Part shown: positions 13,061 through 22,826 of the stretch, one piece after another
Layout of the letters: every line of letters begins with the position of its first letter
How positions within the stretch are numbered: the stretch's first letter is position 1
Source: Catajapyx aquilonaris
Lineage: Eukaryota
Length of the DNA stretch: 27,029 nt
Direction of reading: 5' to 3'
Assembly: GCA_000934665.2 (NCBI GenBank)
Contig: KZ538032.1
Coordinates: forward strand, 124,001 to 151,029
Made by a program: the position numbers and the translations under genes
The notes under the pieces: model-generated
What the model was told of the DNA's origin: nothing
What the model saw: only the letters and a program-made list of their open reading frames with translations
The model's database searches: none

Positions 13061-13265
13061 TCCTAAAAATAATAATTTATGCACATGCTAATAGAACCTC
13101 GTTGGAACCTTTATTAATCCATACACAATCGCTGCGCACACACAAAGCCCCTGCCCCAGGTAATTGGAAAGGGGGGACTGACAGGAACGGAGGCGAAAAC
13201 GAGCAGAGGAGAACCACTGAGAGATTTTCTATGTCTCGGGGAGAATAACCTCCCCAAAATGTATA

Positions 13266-13724
13266 CAGGGTGGTCAAGAATTCTTCTGCTAATATGATAC
13301 AGGTAGTAGGGGGTGAGTATGGAAGATGCATGGCATGGGTTAGAAAGACCGGCGACGATCCGTTTTGGAAATGTCGACCTTTGACATCGACAATGTCTAT
13401 CCTGAGAAGTATAGATACCCACGTGCATATCTGCATTGTTGGTAGCCGGGGTCAGGCGTTCACACTTCCAGACTGTTGCTCAACCGCCTGACTCCGGCAA
13501 CCACCGATGCAGATATGCACGGGGGTATCCATACATGTCAGGATAGACGTTGTCGATGCCAAAAATTGCTTATATGGCGGTATTGTAATACTGGATCCAT
13601 ACTTGTCAGGATACACATCGTCGACGTCAACGCCGCGCCGGCCTTTCGGGCCCATGCCATGCTTCTTCCATATGCACACCCTACCACACATATCTTTTTG
13701 ACAGACGAATTTGTGACCACCCTG
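13266..13724. mobile_element. Fold-back MITE, Tc1/mariner-like (459 bp)
   Basis: TA|CAGGGTGGTCA...TGACCACCCTG|TA with a TA TSD. The arms pair imperfectly along most of their length (e.g. cgtgcatatctgcat / atgcagatatgcacg; tatggaagatgcatggcatggg / cccatgccatgcttcttccata) around a short loop near 13460-13483. Confidence 0.88.
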
Positions 13725-14174
13725 TACAGTATGAAATATATGAAGGGGGGACAGTATAGGGTTTGCACAACTTCTCTCAATATCATTGCGTTCGTGTAGA
13801 ACCCGTTTCGCGTAAAACCAACCCAATGTCTACTCTGCAATATATATCGTCTGTAGATAGGGTGGAAATCAAACAAATCAAGAAACTCGAGTTAGGGTTA
13901 TATGCCTATATTGTGTAATCTGAAGGAAGCAAGAATTGGCCTAAAATACTTTTACAGAGGTATATTTAGGAGAAATAAGCTGATTTCCTGTGCTTTAGCA
14001 CTGCAGAGCTACAGAATTTTCTCAATCATCTAGATTCTATATAATGTCCAAATGTGTTTATTTAATAGCCTAAGTAAGTAATCCATTGCTGCTATTCATG
14101 CAAAAGGCCTGTAGCTGGTTACATAAGAGTGAAAGGGCAGAAGAATGGCGATGACGAAAAACAGACCATTTTAT

Positions 14175-14372
14175 GGATGATGATGACGACGATGACGATG
14201 ACGACGACGACAACGACGACAATGGATACCCCGTGATATGTCTACTTGGGCCTTTATGGGATCATCTTTTCATTGGCCGTCTTATTCATTGCCTGTGCTG
14301 TGATAGATTTTAATTGTGGGAGGAAACTGGAGAAGCCCAAGAAAATCCACGCGAACACGGAGAGAACCCATA
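14175..14372 (-). mobile_element. V-SINE copy 3, 3' part with (TCG/TCA)n tail
   Basis: Minus strand tgggttctctccgtgttcgcgtggattttcttgggcttctccagtttcctcccaca is the V domain. It ends cacggggtatcc followed by a trinucleotide tail (gat/gac repeats at 14177-14222 on +). Confidence 0.85.
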
Positions 14373-15180
14373 TAGCCCAGGAGTTTTAGACAAAAATGAG
14401 GCCTAACCCGGACAAAAATAATGTAAAGCTGAAAATTTGCACACAGGCTCTGTTTGCCATGCTGAACAACATATCAAAAGTCCCCGACTCTCCCCTGTCC
14501 GCGTCATGTTTTTTTTGGCTCAAGAAGTACATAAGTGACACTCGCTTTGGAATTGGCTATAAAATCGAAACTACTCGTCCGATATTTCTCGGATTCCTCT
14601 TAAAATGTTTACAATTGGATGTACAACGTGACTACCAGGTCATCATATCACCTGCAGGTCAAGGTCACCGTGAAAACGCCCGCCAAGTTTGAATTTTCTC
14701 CTTGCACTTTCGAAAACATGAAAATAATCAGTTCCGCACAGCAGACTCGACAAAATGTGTAGGACGGAAAAGGTTTCCTCGCATTCCCACCTTTACAACA
14801 ATGTCACTGGCATGTTTGTGTGATCATCTGTTAAAAAACTGTCAAAATATTTCATAGCACTCTTAGCGCGGTGCCATCGTGCTAGTCGGAGCGGTACTAC
14901 ACTTGGAAAAACGGTATAAAATGCTGCAAATTCTTGCAGAAAGCAAGCCACCTTGCACATACGTTCCATAGACTAAGGCGATCAATTTGATCCGAAGCAC
15001 CCTGACCCTTGACCTTGTAGGGTCAAAATGGCGACCATTTTGGAAAAAATGTCAAATATTTTTTGAAAATTCCAAATTGCCTCTCCATGGCAATGTTGAT
15101 GTCATTTCCCCATAATTCGAGGTCGCTAAGACGATTGGTACCAAGCAGGAGGTCATAAGGTCACTAGTTTGTGACCTATG
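14373..15180 (+). repeat. Left terminal inverted repeat (~808 bp)
   Basis: Reverse complement of 17428-18225, with scattered substitutions and one small indel/replacement ~18 nt from the tip. Confidence 0.95.
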
Positions 15181-15439
15181 ATCGCCATTTTGAAATTAGC
15201 ATACTGGGTTATGTCTAATGATATTTTCGCCTAAAGGGTGGCATGTGAATTTTAAATATAATTTGCTGTCACTGAAACCGACAATGACACTAAAATATCC
15301 AATCGTGCATTCCGAGACCAGAGAGGCGCCATATTTGATTTCAACTGAAGCCCTCAGGTGATATGGGGATATGCACCCGTAAGCGAGTAGTACACGTGAT
15401 TTCTGGTGTCCTTACTGCTTACATTGCGGTCGTTTTCAG

Positions 15440-16185
15440 GTTCCCAGGGTTCGTCTGTTGGGTCCTGGGGTCAGTCGCCTGCTGACTGAATTTCAAGGTA
15501 CCCACGGCGAAAAGAGTCAGGGAACTCGTCATCATGAACAGTAGTACCATTCTTTCCCAAGATCCTTCCTCGAGAAGTTTTACTTCAGCAAAAAATCCTT
15601 TCAGGATAAGGGGCTCAGAACTTATTTCACTAGATACCCGCGTTGTGTAGAGGGTGACGCTGCTTTTAACAAGGTAGATGATCGGCATGGATTATTATTT
15701 TCCCGAATTTGTTGAAGAGAGACTTGTAAATAAAATTCTAAAATAATGATTGTATTCGCCAATCAGTAAATTAATAGAATGTCAAAATCTTCTCTATGAA
15801 GAAGAGGTTTGTTCAAAAGACACAAAGCAAGCAGCTGAAAGTACTCTTGCAATATTATTCTGGCGCCTCTTCATTGTCAGCCCACATTGACAGCTAGACT
15901 GGGATTCTTTTTATAAAAAATGAGAATCATATTTTTCCACCTGAATTGTGGAGATCTCCATCGAGGATCGAAGACTCCTCTAGTACCGTACCCATTTTGG
16001 AGAGCTTTGGACTTTGTGATATGACTGTTATCCCAACAGCCAGAGAGATGTGATGCAGTGGGATACGATGGTTCTGCTTTGGTCCACATGGTGAAGCCAA
16101 AGCCCGAACTCAAATGTCAAATCTTTCGAGCAGTACAGTGCCCAAATCAAGTCTTACGTGCTGAATATTGTTACAAATAATGTGG
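15440..16185 (+). pseudogene. Decayed Academ-type transposase, fragment 1
   Basis: With stops and frameshifts, the + strand gives in order: LLGPGVSRLLTEF, RHHEQ (~15530), KNPF..SELISLDT (~15595), FVEERL (~15710), LFWRLFI (~15860), ENHIFPP (~15925), GDLHRGSK (~15955), DGSALVHMVKP (~16070), KSFEQY. These are colinear with motifs I recall from Academ proteins (GPE.AR..EF, HHEQ, NPF, FV.ERL, HEN..PP, G.L..G.KS, DG.A.V). Confidence 0.78.
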
Positions 16186-16627
16186 GAGGCGTATTTCACT
16201 CATCAAGGAAAGAAGCCTCTCTTCTCTATATGTTTCGTCTGTCGAGATGGAAGTATAGCTGATGGAAAAATTGGGGGGTCTGAGATCAAAAACGACCAAG
16301 TCCACTGTTAGGGGGTGTAACACAAATACGTACAGCAAGTCAGCAATTACGAATTTTAATGTCATGTGGTCTTAATATTGCACAAGACTGTGTTTGTAGC
16401 TGAACTCCGGAAACATAAGGACGCAAAAAGTTTCAAGATTGTACGAGTGAGAGTTAAGTACCTAATCATCCGTTTTTGCTCATTTTACGACCTGTTTTTC
16501 CGAGTGGTCTTGCAGTTTTTTAATATCACAGTCGGATCACTCAATTATACTGCATATGATGGCGACAATATCAGAAATCAATCCACTTCCTTATACATAC
16601 GTGGCCAAAAATTACCTACGAGAGGGA

Positions 16628-16803
16628 GGTCCCATGCTCGTTGTGCAACTCACCTGAAGCCTTTGTTATGATCCCTGCCGAACGTAGGAGGACAGGGAAA
16701 TAACAAAGGCTTCAGGTGAGTTGCACCACGAGCATGGGACCCCGTACTTTTCCTTTGCTCTCCATTTCCCTGTCCTCCTATACGTTCGGCAGGGATCATA
16801 ACA
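16628..16803. repeat. Two interleaved inverted repeats (A-B-A'-B')
   Basis: A (16628-16669) pairs with A' (16700-16741) at 41/42. B (16664-16701) pairs with B' (16764-16803), perfect except for a 2-nt insertion. Confidence 0.95.
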
Positions 16804-17159
16804 GCCTTGTCATTGCATCACATTTTGTACAGTTGTCCCTTTTTAAATACGTCCAGGGTAAACTTTGTGTAGGACCTGAGTGTCTACCCGCCTGATAAGA
16901 CCCACCTACTTTTTGAATACTTGCCAAAAGAGGTGCTATATAGCCTATTCAATTTCTTTGATAATGTTGGAAAGCGAATTTACTTTTGAGGGTATTTCCC
17001 CTGAATCTTCCAGTATACATGTATCATGAGTGACCGAATTGTATGTATTGCAATTTCCGATGCAATGTAGCCTATTATAACGATAGAAGTGTCCCCCCAA
17101 AAGGGCCCCACCGTGAAACGGGGTAACTAAATAAATAAAATAAATACATAATACTGAAT

Positions 17160-17310
17160 TTGAAGGATGCAGTGCAGAATGGAGCTAAGAGTCCTGTTAT
17201 TCGATGCTCCAATACCGATGTGCTGGTGTTGGAGGTTTCATTTTTAAAAATAATCTTAGACTCAACGTTCTTGATCTAAGCGGAAACTGCATGGAACTGG
17301 TAAACAAAAG
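17160..17310 (+). pseudogene. Decayed Academ-type transposase, fragment 2 (XPG/PIN-like nuclease region)
   Basis: Reads LKDAVQNGAKSPVIRCSNTDVLVL, matching the DA...G...V.IR..DTDV.VL motif. HGTGKQK follows in a shifted frame (cf. FGTGK). Confidence 0.72.
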
Positions 17311-17427
17311 TGGTAGTACTGTTCATGACGACGTGTTCCCTGACTCTTTTCGCTGTGGGTACCCTGAAATTCAGTCAGCAGGCGACTGACCCCAGGACCC
17401 AACAAGAATCCCTGCACCTGAAAGCAA

Positions 17428-18225
17428 CATAGGTCACACACTAGTGACCTTATGACCTCCTGCATGTTACCAATCGTCTTAGCGACCTCGAATTATGGGA
17501 AAATGACACCAACATTGCCATGGAGAGGCAATTTGGAATTTTCAAAAAATATATGGCCTTTTTTCCAAAATGGTCGCCATTTTGACCCCACAAGGTCAAG
17601 GGTCAGGGTGCTTCGGATCAAATTGATCGCCTTAGTCGATGGAACGTATGTGCAAGGCGGCTTGCTTTCTGTAAGAATTTGCAGCATTTTATATCGTTTT
17701 TCCAAGTATAGTACCGCTCCGACTAGCACGATGGCACCGCGCTAAGAGCGCTATGAAATATTTTGACAGTTTTTTAACAGATGATCACACAAACATGCGA
17801 GTGACATTGTTGTAAAGGTGGGAATGCGAGGAAACCTTTTCCGTCCTACACATTTTGTCGAGTCTGCTGTGCGGAACTGATTATTTTCATGTTTTCGAAA
17901 GTGCAAGGAGAAAATTCAAACTTGGCGGGCGTTTTCACGGTGACCTTGACCTGCAGGTGATATGATGACCTGGTAGTCACGTTGTACATCCCATTGTAAA
18001 CATTTTAAGAGGAATCAGAGAAAAATCGGACGAGTAGTTTCGATTTTATAGCCAATTCCAAAGCGAGTGTCACTTATGTACTTCTTGAGCCAAAAAAAAC
18101 ATGACGCGGACAGGGGAGAGTCGGGGACTTTTGATATGTTGTTCAGCATGGCAAACAGAGCCTGTGTGCAAATTTTCAGCTTTACATTATTTTTGTCCGG
18201 GTAAAAACCTAAAACTCCTGGGCTA
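17428..18225 (-). repeat. Right terminal inverted repeat (~798 bp)
   Basis: Reverse complement of 14373-15180. Confidence 0.95.
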
Positions 18226-18330
18226 ATAGTAACTCTATCCGCGTAAGGATCCTGTCCGACCCGGGGATAGAGCTCGGGACCTCAGAGGTGAAAGACTGTG
18301 GCGCTAACTGATACACCACAGTCCCGGCCC
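18226..18330 (-). mobile_element. V-SINE copy 3, 5' part (tRNA head)
   Basis: Minus strand GGGCCGGGACTGTGGTGTATCAGTTAGCGCCACAGTCTTTCACCTCTGAGGTCCCGAGCTCTATCCCCGGGTCGGACAGG aligns with the copy 1 head and continues directly into 14372 once the transposon is removed. Confidence 0.88.
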
Positions 18331-18365
<35 letters not shown>

Positions 18366-18366
18366 C
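18331..18366. repeat. (AAC)12 microsatellite
   Basis: Read directly; forms the tail of V-SINE copy 4. Confidence 0.97.
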
Positions 18367-18593
18367 GAAACCCCGTGGCATGCAGGAACGTCTTTTAAGT
18401 TCCTTCTTTTATTTAGTTGGATTTGGATTGTAGGAGAAAGCGGGGTAACCCCCCGAGAAAACCCCCATGAATACGGAGAAAACCCATCAAAACTCTTTCC
18501 ACAAAAGAATTTTTTCTTATATGACCCGGGGATTGAACTCGGGACCTCAAAAGTAGAAGGCTGCAGTGATAACCACTATACCTCCGTACTGCC
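18331..18593 (-). mobile_element. V-SINE copy 4 with (TTG)12 tail
   Basis: Minus-strand head ...gtatagtggttatcactgcagccttctacttttgaggtcccgagttcaatccccggg, V domain gatgggttttctccgtattcatgggggttttctcgggg, and 3' end cacggggtttcg followed by (TTG)12. Confidence 0.85.
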
Positions 18594-20029
18594 AACGAAA
18601 TCATTACATCCTACTCGTATAGTTATACGAGTACATGACTAGTTTAATCTCCTGCTTTGAAAAATACTGGATAATCATATCAGGTCGCTTTTGCATTGAA
18701 ATAAAGCCAATATCCATGTTGTCCTCTGTAGGTGCGAACTCCGGAATGTTCAAATCTAACGCAAGCAGTGATAGAAAGTCAGGAGACATGTTGTGGTCCA
18801 GCACGTACTGTACCAGCATGTTAAATAATTTTGTTACCACCTAGTATTTTTCGCTTTCAACAACTATTGCGAACTCTGAAGGGAAAAGTGAGCATGGTTA
18901 CTATAATGGCGTAAAAATGTTCATGGCGTCAATAATTGAGCGGAAAGAGTGTGGACACGCATCGTAAATTGCGCCATGGTTGTGTCGTGACCGAACTGAA
19001 GCCAACTTTTATCAGGGGAGGGCGGAGGGGGGAGTTTTACAATTAATGCTGCATAGCGCGTGCTGTTGAAGTGCTGTGCGACAGCATTCGCATATCGAGC
19101 CCTCATTGTTTCAAGGTATAGGCTGTGATGGAATTTCTGTCAATGAAGTTAATATCACATTCAGGCAGTGCACAGGAAAAGTATCGATTGTCGTTGCCTT
19201 TTGTAATTAACATATTCGTTTAATACTAAATTTAAGTGTGGCCTATGAATTATGTACTATGAAGTCATATTAAGTTATAACAAGCTTATATTACAATATA
19301 TGATATTTTACGGATGTCACGCAAAAACTGAGGTCCAGCTGTGTTAACTCAGATCAAGGGAAAATCTCTGATTATGCCAGTACATCATTGAGAATACCAA
19401 TATTTTAGAGTACAAGTATATATTCGAATATTTTCACATAATTGCCGTCATATAGATCTGGGCCTAAGTACTTTGTCGGCACAAATGCGTTACATAGCCT
19501 CCTACAGACACGCAGTAGGGGATAAATGGGATGATGGGACGCAAGAGGAATGAGACAGTGGACATTTTTCTCCTCCAGCGAAACCCAGAATCTTCCGGTG
19601 TCAGAGGTATATGATGGCCTCTTTGTACCCAGTAATTGCAGTACTGTATTGTTCCTATTAGCAAAAGACTGAGAGTAAGGAAAAGGTGAAGTCAACCACA
19701 GTACTCTGATCGAGAGCTCTCTGGTATTTCTTCTCCAGCGTGCATGAGGAATGACACAAGTTGTCATGTTCCACATCAGTTGTTATAATATCCAGAGCGG
19801 CACATAATTTAGAGCAGTTTTAAAAATATGATTGCAAATATTATTGTAGTATGAATATTTGACCTAAACTTATAAAGTAATGTGGTACGTAGTCACAACA
19901 CAACAAGGGAAATAAATTAAGAATATACTATTTCTCCCCTATACACTGTACGTACAGGTCGAGAGTGTTAGACGGTGCGAAGAAAATCATATACGTTACC
20001 TCGAGGGAAGAATGATCAAGGTCCACCTC

Positions 20030-20254
20030 AGATGAAACTGAGATATTTCAATTTCAAATTTAGAAGGCCCATAAGGTCCTATACTGTAATACCTATGGAG
20101 GTCGTTGAAGGTCAAGTACAGCATTTATTGTGAATAGTGCTACATTCCCATTAACTAAGGTAACTTTTAAACCAAACATCATGTTTCTTGGTAGAGTATA
20201 GGAAGAAAACTATAGTCGATTCTCTGGAGGACAGCCTTATAGTGAAACACCCTG
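20030..20254 (-). mobile_element. Solo Tc1/mariner-like MITE end
   Basis: Minus strand reads TA|CAGGGTGTTTCAC, the same terminus class as the 13266 element. No partner end; the inner boundary is a guess. Confidence 0.35.
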
Positions 20255-21514
20255 TAGTATCAATATTGGGTGCTATGCATTTCATTCTTTAAAACCTATT
20301 GTTACGTAATTGATCGGACCTCCTGTGTGCCGCTGCACGCAGTTCAGCTTGTATTTCATGTAATAAAAATATTTTAAATACGCATACAAGGATTTGCAAG
20401 TTATCATATTCCAAGGAGTAGGCCGCCTATAGCCTACCTTCCTATTAATACGACGTGTACATTGACAAGTAATACCTGGCCGTGACTAGCCTTCAATCGA
20501 GAAGTAATTACCTGCAATTGGGTATAGTAATCTGCTGTAACCATCCGTATCCAGTAACCGGTGAAGTTACAGCTTGACCGGAAGTGGATCAATTGCATTC
20601 ACCACGTACGGGTAAACTGAGTGTACAGTCAGCCCCCTACCCCCAGTAGTTATAGTATATGCAGTTTGAAAATATTCAATGAATATTGCATCAAATTTTA
20701 AAAATCCACCACATACTTTTGCTACAGTGCAGCACTGCATTGTTATAATATCCTATTTATTGTTAATTGTTTTATTGATGTCTTATTGTGTATCATCGGT
20801 ACATTAAACTTGTCGTTGGTTTGTTTAGTAATAAGTTATGTTCAAAACCGTAGACGTATAGCGTTAGGTATTATCTGCGGGAGCGGGTCTGAGAATACGG
20901 GGAACTTACTGTATAAAATGAACGAGTATCTTCCTCACTCCAGCAGACCAGCAGTACATCCATCTAATTCCAACACTGGCAGCAAAAAAACTTTTGTTAC
21001 GCACGTGGACCTGATGACATCAATAACATCATGCCTCAAGACCCCTTGGAATCCGGAATTCCTTCTTGAGTCTACATAGCGCTAACGGTCTTAATATACA
21101 GGGGAAGGAAATTTAACCTGCAGAAGCAATGGGTCTCCGCAACCTAATTAGCATTAAACAAAGACTGAATTATACCCGCTCCTGTGTCGAAAATACAGCC
21201 TACGATACGTCCATATGTCCTTGACCATTGCTTTCTGGGCCTAATGGATCGTATAGTATACGGTATTAAATTTAAATTGCACGGAAACTTCTCAAATTTA
21301 AATTATAAAATAATGTCAGGTGGAGGGACTCATAGCAGCCAGTATATTTTATACCTTTTGTTTGAAGCCCATTATCTCGGTAACTATGCTGCGGAAACCC
21401 ACGATGCCTACCCTTAAAATGATCGCCTAGAATCCCAGCTATCATCCCCCTAAGTGGCCTAAGACAAGGCACGCTTCTTACATACACTGCACGTCTGTAC
21501 TGTATAATATAGAT

Positions 21515-21734
21515 CAGCGGTTCCCAATCTGGGAAGCCTTTTCCGGGGGATCGCGCGTGGCAGCGGTTATTTTTATAAATTAAAAAAAATACTAAAATTT
21601 CAAAAAAAGGCAATTTCATCGCGAAGTTTTTTTTCAACACCTACTAATACTCAGGGGGGGAGGGGGGGAGGGGGGTCGCAGGTTACTTGGCAATCATAAA
21701 AGGGGGTCGCGACCCGAAAAGGTTGGGAACACTG
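21515..21734. mobile_element. hAT (Charlie-like) MITE, 220 bp
   Basis: Termini CAGCGGTTCCCAA...TTGGGAACACTG, perfect 8-bp TSD ATATAGAT (21507-21514, 21735-21742), and repeated internal ggggtcgc motifs. Confidence 0.92.
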
Positions 21735-22381
21735 ATATAGATCATGTAGAGCAAATCAGCTTTCTTTGACAACGATACAGTATAATAATCACAGCAGCCA
21801 CTGATTACGTAACTTGAGTAGTTATTGATCTGCTGCCTTCTATACGTATCGTAGCACGTAGTTCTCCAGTGACATGTTATCAAGTAGAACGATAATAATT
21901 TACTACCCCTAATAGTTTCATGGCATTTTTTTGCAAATGAGAATAATATCTATAGGGACTAATTATCCCAGAAAGGAAAAAAAATCTTTGTTTCTTGGGC
22001 TTGAAGGAGAGATTTCTCGACATGTATAAGGCTAATAAAATCTGACAGGCCTACCGGAGTTCGAAATTGTTTTCTAAAAACATTATTTAAATTGGAATAC
22101 CTCATTAAGTTCATTAAATATCAGTTTAAGGAAACAATATATGTAAATCAAAAAATTTGGCATCAATTCAGCCTTTGAAATCTGATGTAAAAATAATTTC
22201 AGGTTCCTAGACCCTTCTGTGGTCATTTGAAATCAGAAAAAATAGTAAATTTAGTTAGCAACACTTTGCCCCCCATATCTCAGGAATAGTCTATACCGTT
22301 ACAAAAACCTAGCTTTCCCTTTTTATGGCGGACACTATCAAGCACCATTAGTAGAGCCGATCAATTAAAATACAGTATAGA

Positions 22382-22826
22382 CAGGGAGCATATACTACAT
22401 AAGAGGCGCAAACTTCTGTCAGGCCATTGTTGTTAGCGTCTCTCTGTTTATAGGGCGTTACTAAGGCCGGCGGCCATCTTGACCTGTGTGGGATGCCAAC
22501 GAGGTATAAATAGGGTACAGGCAAAAATAAGGTCCGCCATCTTTGATGGTTTTGGCAGCCATGGCAATACACGGCAATAACACCCGCGAATTTGAATTCG
22601 ATATTGGAAAATGGGTAAGTATAAATTGTTGTTGCCGTGTATTGCCATGGCAGCCCAAACCATCAAAGATGGCGGACCCCGCGGACCTTGACGGCCTGCC
22701 TGTACCCTATTTACACCTCGTTGACATACCACACACTCCAAGATGGCCGCCAGCCTTGACAACGCCATAAACAGAGAGACGAAAAAAATCGAATGTTTGC
22801 GCCTCTTATGTAGTATATGCTCCCTG
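22382..22826. mobile_element. Fold-back MITE (445 bp), P-like or hAT-like
   Basis: Perfect 32-bp TIR cagggagcatatactacataagaggcgcaaac. The arms continue to pair to a central loop (~22582-22625). The direct repeat GTATAGA flanks both sides (22375-22381, 22827-22833). Confidence 0.9.

Larger units (their letters stand above)
14373..18225 (+). mobile_element. Non-autonomous Academ-like DNA transposon (3853 bp)
   Basis: Termini TAGCCCAGGAGTTTTAG...CTAAAACTCCTGGGCTA. Long, highly similar TIRs at 14373-15180 and 17428-18225. 3-bp TSD ATA at 14370-14372 and 18226-18228. Internal transposase remnants. TAG termini, long TIRs and a 3-bp TSD fit the Academ superfamily. Confidence 0.88.

Noticed and set aside
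13077..13876. Cluster of overlapping ORFs on both strands (likewise 22348-22885)
   Set aside because: A by-product of GC-richer palindromic MITEs; no protein motifs.
14396..14692. 98-aa ORF, and ORFs at 17452-17745
   Set aside because: They lie within the non-coding TIRs of the transposon.
18604..18840. Protein-like minus ORF (FLSLLALDLNIPE), superficially death-domain-like
   Set aside because: Purine-rich acceptor, no donor, and the conserved Trp residues are missing.
19464..19776. TPR-like phrase EQYSTAITGYKEAI after a polypyrimidine acceptor
   Set aside because: An in-frame stop follows within a few codons; too short to support.
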